From contig CAJVZI010000002.1 of assembly GCA_913020665.1 (NCBI GenBank), positions 16,070 to 80,069 of the forward strand: a DNA stretch of 64,000 nt. The letters run 5' to 3'. The DNA comes from an uncultured bacterium. Its GTDB lineage: Bacteria; Fidelibacterota; Marinisomatia; Marinisomatales; UBA1611. The notes beneath the pieces are model-generated. The model was not told the DNA's origin. It made no database searches and saw nothing but the letters and a program-made list of their open reading frames with translations. This document shows, one piece after another, positions 38,375 through 47,733 of the stretch. The position numbers and the translations under genes were made by a program. Each line of letters begins with the position of its first letter. Position 1 is the first letter of the stretch.

Positions 38375-38730
38375 AACCTAAGTTTAAAAAACATATATTT
38401 ATTTGTACAAATGAACGTCCCAAAGATAGCCCCAGAGGTGATTGTCTTAGATGTGGTGGCATGGATATTAGAATGAGATTTGTTCAACTGATCAATCAGC
38501 ATGGATTAAAAGGGAAGGTCAGGGCAAACAAAAGTGGTTGTTTAGACACATGCGAATTGGGAGCAGCTGTTGTAATTTATCCAGATAATATTTGGTACAC
38601 GCGTGTTCAGGTTCAAGATGTTGATGAGATATTTGAAACATCGATCATTAATAACGAAGTAGTAGATCGACTTTGCGCTAACGAAGCAACTTGGCAAGAA
38701 TTACAAGACATTAGAGATTCAATATCATGA
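38371..38730 (+). CDS. Thioredoxin-like [2Fe-2S] ferredoxin domain protein
   Basis: HIFICTNERPKDSPRGDCLRCGG ... GCLDTCELGAAVVIYPDNIWY. The start is taken as ATG 38371 (ATGA overlap with the ALDH stop). Confidence 0.6.
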   Translation: MKPKFKKHIFICTNERPKDSPRGDCLRCGGMDIRMRFVQLINQHGLKGKVRANKSGCLDTCELGAAVVIYPDNIWYTRVQVQDVDEIFETSIINNEVVDRLCANEATWQELQDIRDSIS

Positions 38731-39146
38731 ATGATAAGATCCATACAAATAAAGCACCTGATCCTGTTGGGAGTTACCCACATGCAAGAAAAGTAGGAAA
38801 TTTATTATTCTTATCAGGTGTGGGTCCAAGGAGGCCAGGCACAAATGTGATCCCAGGTGTAATGATGGATGGGCAAGGTAATGCGTTAGGCCATGATATA
38901 GAGGCACAGTGCCACTCTGTATTTGAAAATGTTAGGATCATACTTGAAGAGGCAGGAAGTAGCTGGGATAGCCTTGTTGATGTGACCGTTTTTTTAACAA
39001 ATATGAAACGAGACTTTGATATTTATAATGAGATTTATGCATCTTACTTTCAAGAGAATCAACCCTGCAGGACAACGGTTGAAGTGACATCTCTTCCTAC
39101 TCCTATTGCTATCGAACTAAAGTGTATAGCAACCATTGATATATAA
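38727..39146 (+). CDS. RidA/YjgF family deaminase, probable 2-aminomuconate deaminase
   Basis: AP.PVGSYPHARKVGNLLFLSG and CRTTVEV are RidA motifs. The role is inferred from context. Confidence 0.75.
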   Translation: MNDKIHTNKAPDPVGSYPHARKVGNLLFLSGVGPRRPGTNVIPGVMMDGQGNALGHDIEAQCHSVFENVRIILEEAGSSWDSLVDVTVFLTNMKRDFDIYNEIYASYFQENQPCRTTVEVTSLPTPIAIELKCIATIDI

Positions 39147-39151
39147 TAGTG

Positions 39152-39667
39152 ATGAAATTGAATTCTCCACTTAATTTTAAAAATTGGATTGAGAAAAATC
39201 GTCATTTATTAAAACCTCCAGTTGGTAACAAAGTTGTCTATGATGATGGTGATTTTATGGTCATGGTTGTTGGGGGACCTAATTCACGAAAAGACTATCA
39301 TGTAGACCCAGTAGAAGAGTTTTTCTATCAATTAGAAGGGGATATGATCCTGAAAATTATTGAAAATGGAAAGAGGGTCGATATATCGATCAAAGAAGGT
39401 GATATTTTCTTGCTCCCCAAAAATATTCCACATTCACCACAAAGATTCAAGAATACGGTTGGACTAGTTATTGAATACAAAAGAGAAGAAGGTGCATTGG
39501 ATGCTTTCCAGTGGTACTGTGATCATTGTGACAAACTACTTCACGAGGTCACTTTAGATCTTGAGGATATTGTTACACAGCTTCCACCTTTATTTGATGC
39601 CTATTGGAACAACATAAATGCAAGGACCTGCAAATCATGCGGGGCAGTACAAGATCCTCCAAATTGA
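39152..39667 (+). CDS. 3-hydroxyanthranilate 3,4-dioxygenase
   Basis: LLKPPVGNKVVYDDGDFMVMVVGGPNSRKDYHVDPVEEFFYQLEGDM cupin, plus a C-terminal CDHC...CKSC rubredoxin-like site. Confidence 0.85.
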   Translation: MKLNSPLNFKNWIEKNRHLLKPPVGNKVVYDDGDFMVMVVGGPNSRKDYHVDPVEEFFYQLEGDMILKIIENGKRVDISIKEGDIFLLPKNIPHSPQRFKNTVGLVIEYKREEGALDAFQWYCDHCDKLLHEVTLDLEDIVTQLPPLFDAYWNNINARTCKSCGAVQDPPN

Positions 39668-39673
39668 TCTGTT

Positions 39674-40681
39674 TTGAAGATTGATATACATACTCATATT
39701 CTCCCAGAGGATTGTCCAGATCTGGAGAGCAAATTTGGATATGGTGGTTGGATCAGTTTAGATCATACTTCAGAAGGCACTGCACGTATGATGAAAAATG
39801 GAGAGTGTTTTCGTATCATTGAATGTAATTGTTGGGATCCTGTTGCTCGGATAAATGATTGCAATGATGCTGATGTAGATGTTCAGGTACTTTCTACCGT
39901 ACCCGTTATGTTTAGCTACTGGGCTGAGCCTAAACATACTCATATACTATCCAGGATCTTGAATGATGATATAGCAAAAATAGTTGATCAATACCCTAAC
40001 AGGTTCATTGGACTGGGTACCATACCCATGCAGGATGAAAAATTAGCGGTCAATGAATTGGAGAGGTGCATCAAAGATCTAGGTTTGGCTGGTATACAGA
40101 TCGGGTCAAATATTAATGGCAATAATTTAAGCGACCCAGCTTTCTTCCATATCTTTGAGGCAGCATCAGACCTAGGTGCATCTATTTTTATTCATCCATG
40201 GGATATAATGGGTAAAGAGCAAATGGAAAGATATTGGCTTCCTTGGTTAGTTGGTATGCCAGCTGAAACAAGTAGGGCCATTTGTTCAATGATCTTTGGT
40301 GGTGTGTTTGAAAGGTTACCTAACCTAAGAGTAGCCTTTGCTCACGGGGGAGGTGCATTTCCTGCAACCATAGGTAGGATCCAGCACGGGTTTGATGTTC
40401 GTCCAGATCTCTGTGCTATTGATACTAAAGTAGACCCGAAAGACTATTTGGGAAAATTCTGGGTTGATTCATTGGTACATGATATTGATATGTTGAATTA
40501 TCTTATTGATAAGATCGGTAGCAAGAAGATCGCATTGGGTTCAGACTACCCGTTTCCGCTCGGCGAAACTGAGCCTGGACTCTTAATAGAGTCATCAAGT
40601 CTTTCCAGGGATGTGCAAGATGATTTACTATATAAGAATGCTTTGGATTGGCTAGCTCTACCATACGACCATTTTAAATGA
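39674..40681 (+). CDS. 2-amino-3-carboxymuconate-6-semialdehyde decarboxylase (amidohydrolase_2)
   Basis: [12 protein letters not shown] metal-binding HxH, FIHPWD and [12 protein letters not shown] start. Confidence 0.8.
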   Translation: MKIDIHTHILPEDCPDLESKFGYGGWISLDHTSEGTARMMKNGECFRIIECNCWDPVARINDCNDADVDVQVLSTVPVMFSYWAEPKHTHILSRILNDDIAKIVDQYPNRFIGLGTIPMQDEKLAVNELERCIKDLGLAGIQIGSNINGNNLSDPAFFHIFEAASDLGASIFIHPWDIMGKEQMERYWLPWLVGMPAETSRAICSMIFGGVFERLPNLRVAFAHGGGAFPATIGRIQHGFDVRPDLCAIDTKVDPKDYLGKFWVDSLVHDIDMLNYLIDKIGSKKIALGSDYPFPLGETEPGLLIESSSLSRDVQDDLLYKNALDWLALPYDHFK

Positions 40682-41916
40682 ACTACGAGAAGTCCAGAAA
40701 TTTTGCAGATTTTCTAGACCAACAGGACGGGCTAAGTGAATACCGTGAGCAATTCAATTACCCAAAAGATAGCAGTGGCAAAGAACTGATCTATTTCTGT
40801 GGTAATTCATTAGGACTTCAGCCAAAAACAGTTTCTTCTTATTTAGAAAAAGAGTTGTCCGTTTGGGCAGAAAAGGGTGTGATTGGCCAGGAAACCCGAT
40901 GGATAGCATTTCATGAAAGGCTCGAAAAGTCCACTGCAAAACTAGTTGGCGCCTTGCCGTCAGAGGTAGTGGTAATGAATGCCCTGACAGTGAATATTCA
41001 TTTTCTATTGGTCTCATTTTATCAGCCCAATGAAAAAAGATATAAGATCATGATTGAAAAAGACGCGTTTCCTTCAGATCATTATGCTATACAAAGTCAG
41101 ATAAGATTTCACGGATATGATCCTGAACAGGCCTTGGTGGAGCTTGTACCGAGGAAAGATGAAAAGATCTTGCGTAATGATGATATTCTTTCTTCTATTC
41201 AAGACCATGGGGATCAACTATCACTGATCTATTTAGGCGGTGTAAATTATTATACAGGCCAAGCATTTGATATGGGAGAGATTTCCAAGGCGGGTAAAGC
41301 ACAAGGAGCCATTGTTGGATTCAATCTAGCTCATAGCGTTGGCAATCTACCATTAAGGTTGCATGATTGGGATATAGATTTTTCTGCTTGGTGTACATAT
41401 AAGTACCTTTGTGCCGGCCCAGGAAGCCCCTCGGGTGTTTTTATTCATGAACGTCATCATGACTGGGATGGTCCTAGGTTTCTTGGTTGGTGGGGCCATA
41501 ATAAAGATTCAAGATTCCAAATGCCATCGGTCTTTGATCCGATCTTGACCTCTGAAGGATGGCAGGTCAGTAATGCGCCAGTTATGGGTATGGCTCCATT
41601 ATTAGCCTCTATGGAGATCTATGATAAAGTTGGGATGAATGCTATTCGTAGTAAAGGTAAAGAGTTATCATCTTATATGGAGTATTTAATAAAAGAATAT
41701 ATCGCAGAGGTTGATATCATTACACCTAAAGCTAGAGGTTGTCAACTTTCCATTGTAGTTCCAGGTGGTAAAGATGTATTTGATTATCTTTCAAGACAAG
41801 GTGTAGTATGTGATTGGCGTAATCCTGATGTCATTCGTGTTGCACCTCATCCATTATTCAATACATTTACTGAAGTATTTGAATTTGTTAAAATATTAAA
41901 GAAAGCCATTGCCTGA
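40678..41916 (+). CDS. kynU: Kynureninase
   Basis: [13 protein letters not shown] and [13 protein letters not shown] (PLP Lys region). ATGA overlap with the previous gene. Confidence 0.9.
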   Translation: MNYEKSRNFADFLDQQDGLSEYREQFNYPKDSSGKELIYFCGNSLGLQPKTVSSYLEKELSVWAEKGVIGQETRWIAFHERLEKSTAKLVGALPSEVVVMNALTVNIHFLLVSFYQPNEKRYKIMIEKDAFPSDHYAIQSQIRFHGYDPEQALVELVPRKDEKILRNDDILSSIQDHGDQLSLIYLGGVNYYTGQAFDMGEISKAGKAQGAIVGFNLAHSVGNLPLRLHDWDIDFSAWCTYKYLCAGPGSPSGVFIHERHHDWDGPRFLGWWGHNKDSRFQMPSVFDPILTSEGWQVSNAPVMGMAPLLASMEIYDKVGMNAIRSKGKELSSYMEYLIKEYIAEVDIITPKARGCQLSIVVPGGKDVFDYLSRQGVVCDWRNPDVIRVAPHPLFNTFTEVFEFVKILKKAIA

Positions 41917-43237
41917 TAAGGAACATATTTCACTGATTGGTGCAGGGTTAGCAGGTCCTGTTATGGCAAAATACCTGTCAGACCATGGGTATAGAGTAGA
42001 TATCTTTGAAAGGCGTCCAGATATGAGAGTTGTAGAACAATCAGCAGGACGTTCTATTAATCTAGCATTGTCAGCACGAGGGATAGAAGCGCTTAGGAGC
42101 ATAGGTATATTTAGCAAAATTCAATCTCAATTATTGCCTATGAAAGGCCGCATGATCCATGATATGGATGGTAAGACACATTTACAATCATATGGTCAGA
42201 GAGAAGACGAAGTAATCTATTCAGTATCTCGAGCACATCTCAATATGAGCTTGATGGATCATATCGAAGAGTCTGGAAATGTTAAAATACATTTTGAGCA
42301 TGCTCTTGAAAATATTGACCTTGATAACTCAGAGCTTATTTTCAAGAATAATAAAAGGGTCTCTTTCAATAGAGTTATGGGTTCCGATGGATCATCTTCA
42401 TGTATACGAAATTGTATTAATGAAAGGTCCTCAATTAATTTCCAAAAGAAACCATTAGGGCATGGTTATAAGGAACTAACGATCCCTGCCACTGATGATG
42501 GTCAATTCAAAATAGATCCTGAGGCATTACATATTTGGCCTAGAGGAGAATTTATGCTTATTGCTTTACCAAATATGGATCGTTCTTTTACTTGTACATT
42601 ATTCTTCCCGATGGATGGGAAGACCAGTTTTTCAAGTATCACATCCAATGATCAGATATTCGACCTTTTTAATTCCTATTTTTCAGATACACTTAACCTG
42701 ATTCCAGATCTAGTAGAGGAATATCAACAAAATCCTGTTGGCTCTCTGTCAACGGTTTATTGTGATAGATGGAATTACAAAGACAAGTTGGTTATTTTTG
42801 GAGATGCTGCACATGCTATCGTCCCATTTTTTGGACAGGGGATGAATGCCTCATTTCAAGATTGTACGGTTATTCATAACTTGATAGAAGAATTCTATGG
42901 TGATTGGAGGATGATATTTTCTGAGTTTTCAAAGAATCATGTTCCAAACGGCCACGCTATAGCAAATATGGCACTGGAAAATTATCTAGAAATGAGAGAT
43001 TCTGTAAATGACCCGGCCTATAAGATCAAAAGAGAGTTAGAATTTAGTTTAGAGAATAAATTCAGAGACAGATTTATTCCTAGATATTCCATGGTCTCAT
43101 TCCATACTATACCCTATACGGAAGTATACAAAAGGGGTTTAATTCAACTAAAGATGATGGAAGAGTATTTATCAGGAGAGGTAACACAGTCTACATTATA
43201 TGAAAATATTTTAAACCAATTAGCTCCAATCAAATGA
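41909..43237 (+). CDS. kmo: Kynurenine 3-monooxygenase
   Basis: ISLIGAGLAGPVMAKYL FAD-binding motif and GDAAHAIVPFFGQGMN. TTG start, 8-nt overlap with kynU. Confidence 0.85.
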   Translation: MPDKEHISLIGAGLAGPVMAKYLSDHGYRVDIFERRPDMRVVEQSAGRSINLALSARGIEALRSIGIFSKIQSQLLPMKGRMIHDMDGKTHLQSYGQREDEVIYSVSRAHLNMSLMDHIEESGNVKIHFEHALENIDLDNSELIFKNNKRVSFNRVMGSDGSSSCIRNCINERSSINFQKKPLGHGYKELTIPATDDGQFKIDPEALHIWPRGEFMLIALPNMDRSFTCTLFFPMDGKTSFSSITSNDQIFDLFNSYFSDTLNLIPDLVEEYQQNPVGSLSTVYCDRWNYKDKLVIFGDAAHAIVPFFGQGMNASFQDCTVIHNLIEEFYGDWRMIFSEFSKNHVPNGHAIANMALENYLEMRDSVNDPAYKIKRELEFSLENKFRDRFIPRYSMVSFHTIPYTEVYKRGLIQLKMMEEYLSGEVTQSTLYENILNQLAPIK

Positions 43238-43318
43238 AGAAAATACTTGAGGAAAATTCTAAAAGAGTATTTTTGGAAGTAACAAAATAATATTTTTTAA
43301 TAAGTTCTTGGTATAAAA

Positions 43319-43987
43319 ATGCGATCAGGATTTAAACTAGCGCCATCAATTTTATCGGCAGATTTCTCTGATCTAAGGTCAGCTCTGGATATATGTAATG
43401 CAGGAGGTGCACACTGGATCCATGTTGATGTAATGGATAATCAGTTTGTGCCTAATCTGACCATCGGTCCACCCGTGGTCAGATCATTACGGCCTATCAC
43501 GAAAAAATTTTTAGATGTACACATGATGGTAGTTGATCCTGAAAAATTGGTTGAACCTTTTGCAAAGGCTGGTGCCGATAACATTACATTTCATATAGAA
43601 GCTACTAGTGATCCAGATGGGATCATTGACCTAATAAGGGCTTGTGGTAGTAAGGTTGGTGTATCTATCAAACCAAAAACTCCATTAGAACATATTTTTC
43701 CTATACTCGATAAGGTTGATGTTGTACTGGTGATGAGTGTCGAACCAGGTTTTGGGGGTCAAGGATATTTGCCGGGTTCAAACGAACGCATAAAGCAGAT
43801 AAGATCTTTTTTAATAGAAAATTGTTTAGACCGTGTACTTATTGAAGTGGATGGAGGTATAAAACTGCATAATGCAAAGCAGGTTATGGATGCTGGCGCA
43901 GATGTCTTGGTTGCGGGATCAGAAGTATTCAAGTCTGATTCCCCGATTGATACAATAAAAGATTTTTATCAACTTTCAAGCCAATAA
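43319..43987 (+). CDS. rpe: Ribulose-phosphate 3-epimerase
   Basis: HVDVMDNQFVPNLT and MSVEPGFGGQ. Confidence 0.9.
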   Translation: MRSGFKLAPSILSADFSDLRSALDICNAGGAHWIHVDVMDNQFVPNLTIGPPVVRSLRPITKKFLDVHMMVVDPEKLVEPFAKAGADNITFHIEATSDPDGIIDLIRACGSKVGVSIKPKTPLEHIFPILDKVDVVLVMSVEPGFGGQGYLPGSNERIKQIRSFLIENCLDRVLIEVDGGIKLHNAKQVMDAGADVLVAGSEVFKSDSPIDTIKDFYQLSSQ

Positions 43988-44074
43988 CTGAATTAAAATC
44001 AATACCTGAATTCTTCAATAATATATTGATTCAAGTAATTTGATCCCAAAGATTCGTTAACAAAAACCACATTT

Positions 44075-46102
44075 ATGAAATCCTATAAAGATATGGTCAA
44101 TTTTGCAGATTGGTCAAAAGAAGAAAAAGATCAATACACCATCTCTGTAATGAAAGGCTTGGTCATGGATGCTACTAGACAGGCAAATAGCGGGCACCCT
44201 GGCGGCCCAATGTCCTGTGCAGATTTTGCTTATTTATTGTATCGTTATCATTTGACCTTTGATCCAAAAGATCCAGAATGGTTCGATAGAGACCGGTTTA
44301 TTCTTTCAGGCGGACATATGTCAATGCTGCAGTATTCATTATTGTTATTCATTGGTTGGCTTGATCTCGATGATATAAAGAATTTTCGGCAGTTACATAG
44401 TAAGACCCCAGGGCATCCAGAGGTAGAGATACCTGGTGTAGAATGTACAACTGGCCCTCTTGGTCAAGGTTTTGCAATGGGGGCTGGTATGGCTCAGGCA
44501 GAAGCATATCTACGTAATCTATTTGTTTCAACCGACCAAAAAGCTAGCAGACTGATCAATCATTTTACATATGTCCTTGCTAGTGATGGTGACCTTCAAG
44601 AGCCAGTAGCACTAGGCTCTGCATCTCTTGCAGGTCATTTGGGACTCTCCAAACTGATAGTATTCTATGATGCTAATGAAGCACAGATCTCTGGCAATAC
44701 AAATCGCTCAGACTCAACCGACTATGCAACTGTATTTGAAGGATTTAAATGGCATGTTCAACAGATAGATGGCCATGATCATGATCAGCTAAATAATGCG
44801 ATCTTAGATGCAAAAAAAAGTGATAGACCTAGTATTATTATTGGAAAGACCATTATGGCTAAGGGTACAGCCAATATGGAAGGAGATCATAACACCCATG
44901 GAGCTCCATTACCTCAAGATGAAATAGATAGAACAAAAGATAAACTTGGTTTGCCACCTGATAAATTTTATTATCCTAAAGAAGTTAAAGAATATTTCCA
45001 AGAAAGGTTTCCTGAACTTGGGGATACGGCACAACAATGGAAGAAAGATCGATCAGAATTTGATACAAATGATAAGATAAGACCTTTGTTATCTGTGTGT
45101 TTAGATAATGAATTGCCGGACACCACTTATCCGAGTTTCACTGTCGGTGAATCACTGGCAACCAGAAAAGCATTTGGTGCTACACTAGATGAATTTGCAA
45201 AAGATCTTCCAAATCTTATTGGAGGCTCCGCAGATCTTGAACCATCTAATTATACGGGTAATTTTGCCAAAACATATCTGGACTTTAGTAACGATAATCA
45301 GTCAGGCCGTAATATCCCTTTTGGAGTTCGGGAGTTTCCTATGGCTGGAATGATGAATGGTATGGCTCTGCATGGAGGAATTATACCTTTTGGAGGTACT
45401 TTTTTAGTATTTGCTGATTATGAACGTCCAGCACTTCGTTTAGGAGCAATACAGAAAGTGAGGGCCATACATGAGTTTACACACGACTCGTTTTTTGTAG
45501 GAGAGGATGGTCCCACTCATCAACCCATTGAGCATGCTATGGCATTAAGGACCATACCTGACCTTAATGTTTTTCGCCCTGCGGATGCAAAAGAGACAGC
45601 AGTTTGTTTTAGATTAGCAATGGAGAATAAAAATAACCCTAGTGCATTACTTTTAACAAGGCAAGGGGTGCCTGTTCTAGATCAAGATTATGAAGACCTG
45701 GAGGCTAATGTCCGAAGAGGAGCTTATATCGTGAAGGAGTGTGATACAGACCCTGAGCTTATATTCATTGCAACAGGTTCAGAGGTGTCTCTAGCGATCC
45801 AAACAGCAGAATTAATGTCTGATAAGCAAATTAGGGTCATTAGTATGCCTTGTATGGAAATTTTTAATAAACAATCTGATGATTATAAAAATAAGCTTTT
45901 ACCAAAGAGAGGTTGTTTGAAGATAACTATTGAAGCAGGTATTACAGCTGGATGGGAAAAATATTCAGGCCTAAATGGACTGGAAATTGGGCTTGATCAT
46001 TACGGTGCGTCTGCTCCTGGAAAAGATCTGGCAAATGAATTTGGTTTTACAGCAGAAAAAGTAGAAGAAAAAATAAGATCTCACTTGGACACTTTGCTAT
46101 GA
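44075..46102 (+). CDS. tkt: Transketolase
   Basis: NSGHPGGPMS, ASDGDLQEP and THDSFFVGEDGPTHQPIEH. Confidence 0.95.
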   Translation: MKSYKDMVNFADWSKEEKDQYTISVMKGLVMDATRQANSGHPGGPMSCADFAYLLYRYHLTFDPKDPEWFDRDRFILSGGHMSMLQYSLLLFIGWLDLDDIKNFRQLHSKTPGHPEVEIPGVECTTGPLGQGFAMGAGMAQAEAYLRNLFVSTDQKASRLINHFTYVLASDGDLQEPVALGSASLAGHLGLSKLIVFYDANEAQISGNTNRSDSTDYATVFEGFKWHVQQIDGHDHDQLNNAILDAKKSDRPSIIIGKTIMAKGTANMEGDHNTHGAPLPQDEIDRTKDKLGLPPDKFYYPKEVKEYFQERFPELGDTAQQWKKDRSEFDTNDKIRPLLSVCLDNELPDTTYPSFTVGESLATRKAFGATLDEFAKDLPNLIGGSADLEPSNYTGNFAKTYLDFSNDNQSGRNIPFGVREFPMAGMMNGMALHGGIIPFGGTFLVFADYERPALRLGAIQKVRAIHEFTHDSFFVGEDGPTHQPIEHAMALRTIPDLNVFRPADAKETAVCFRLAMENKNNPSALLLTRQGVPVLDQDYEDLEANVRRGAYIVKECDTDPELIFIATGSEVSLAIQTAELMSDKQIRVISMPCMEIFNKQSDDYKNKLLPKRGCLKITIEAGITAGWEKYSGLNGLEIGLDHYGASAPGKDLANEFGFTAEKVEEKIRSHLDTLL

Positions 46103-46536
46103 AGATACACTTAGCAACCGACCATGCAGGTCTTGACTTAAAGAATACTATAAAAGAATTTCTTTTGGGCGGAGGGTATGATGTTACAGACCATGGTGCA
46201 CATGAATATGATGCCTTAGATGACTATCCAGATTTTATTTTTCCTTGTGCTCGTGCTGTAGCAGCAGATCCATCTAGTCGAGGAATTATACTTGGCGGGT
46301 CGGGCCAAGGTGAAGCAATGGCAGCAAACAGAATCAAAGGGGTAAGAGCTGCGGTTTTTTATAACGGCCCAAAAGAGATAATAAAATTATCACGAGAGCA
46401 TAACAACGCAAATATTTTATCTTTGGGGGCACGCTTCATGTCAGAGGAAGAGATATATAAGATAATAGAGCTATGGCTTGAGGAGCCATTTGAAGGGGGT
46501 AGGCACGAGCGCCGGATCGCTAAATTAGATCTCTAA
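46099..46536 (+). CDS. rpiB: Ribose-5-phosphate isomerase B
   Basis: GSGQGEAMAANRIKGVRAA and size (145 aa). ATGA overlap with tkt. Confidence 0.9.
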   Translation: MKIHLATDHAGLDLKNTIKEFLLGGGYDVTDHGAHEYDALDDYPDFIFPCARAVAADPSSRGIILGGSGQGEAMAANRIKGVRAAVFYNGPKEIIKLSREHNNANILSLGARFMSEEEIYKIIELWLEEPFEGGRHERRIAKLDL

Positions 46537-46541
46537 CGTTA

Positions 46542-47063
46542 TCAACATAGAATGCCATCAATACTGTGATAGCTTAATTTTATTCGATCAACTGTTCCTT
46601 TTTCAATATCATAAATATCACATGCATCATAGGGTTTAGCATATACATGCAGGCTCGTCGCAAATTCTCCAGTTATATTTTCTACAGAATGTATATCAGC
46701 TGGGCCATCCAAAAACCCTGGTGCACATGACAATTCTTGTATCATATTTAATTTTAGTGGGCTTGAAGAAACCTCCTCATAATTACATATTTGAAGATTT
46801 CCATCTTGGACTCTAGCCCAACATTTTTCACCTTCATGCCCATGAATCGGTGCAGAAGTATTTGGTGGCCAACATATAATCATTATTTCAAAATCTCTAT
46901 CTCTATGGATTAGGTTTCTGGTGTAGTGATCATCGGCACGCAATAAATATTTTTTCAGTTCTTCCTGATCAATATTGAGATTCAGTAGATAAGATGATAC
47001 TTCCGGAACTGGAAAGTCTTCTTTTGAAAATTCTTTCAGTTTATTTATAACTGTATTTAACAT
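46542..47063 (-). CDS. Cysteine dioxygenase type I-like cupin
   Basis: ICWPPNTSAPIHGHEGEKCWARVQDGNL matches the CDO pattern WxPxxxSxIHxH...C. Confidence 0.65.
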   Translation of the reverse strand: MLNTVINKLKEFSKEDFPVPEVSSYLLNLNIDQEELKKYLLRADDHYTRNLIHRDRDFEIMIICWPPNTSAPIHGHEGEKCWARVQDGNLQICNYEEVSSSPLKLNMIQELSCAPGFLDGPADIHSVENITGEFATSLHVYAKPYDACDIYDIEKGTVDRIKLSYHSIDGILC

Positions 47064-47065
47064 AA

Positions 47066-47653
47066 CTATGATAATGTTTTACTTGTTACTTTTGAGCTTA
47101 ATATTTTTTCTGCACTACTCATATCACTTTTTGTATTCATATTTAGAAAATAATCAGACTTTTCATTCATGTTGATCGAATGATGATCCACTTTACTTAT
47201 CAATTCTTTTAAGCTAAATCTTCTATTGTTTATTTGTTCAAGAACAAGGTCTTTAAGTCCTTTGTTATAGAATGCACAAGTAGTTTGTAACTCTCCATTG
47301 ACCTCTGGTACAATGATATCTTTCCCTGATTTACAAGAAGACCATAAATGTGAAATAGTATCTTGGTCAATTAATGGAAGATCGCAAGAAAGCAATAATA
47401 TCCAATCGCTATTGGTATGGATAAGAGCAGTGTATAGTCCATTGATCGGTGCTTCTATTTCTAACTCATCTCTCAAGAAGGGTTTATTATTATCTCTATG
47501 TTGTTTGCCAATAGTATATATTTCTTGAAATTTTCCACAGGCATTCCAGATATGATCAAGAACGGTTTTCCCATCAATAATTGCTTGCCATTTAGGTGTG
47601 CCAAATCGGCGACTATGTCCACCGATCAATATAAAAGCTGAAGCAGGTATCAT
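47066..47653 (-). CDS. mobA: Molybdenum cofactor guanylyltransferase
   Basis: FILIGGHSRRFGTPK and LLSCDLPL. Confidence 0.75.
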   Translation of the reverse strand: MIPASAFILIGGHSRRFGTPKWQAIIDGKTVLDHIWNACGKFQEIYTIGKQHRDNNKPFLRDELEIEAPINGLYTALIHTNSDWILLLSCDLPLIDQDTISHLWSSCKSGKDIIVPEVNGELQTTCAFYNKGLKDLVLEQINNRRFSLKELISKVDHHSINMNEKSDYFLNMNTKSDMSSAEKILSSKVTSKTLS

Positions 47654-47733
47654 ATTTAAATTTCCATGCTAGAAAGTGTAATTACATATCATTTGATTTA
47701 TTATTTTCATAGGCCTTCTTCGACCCTGATTTT

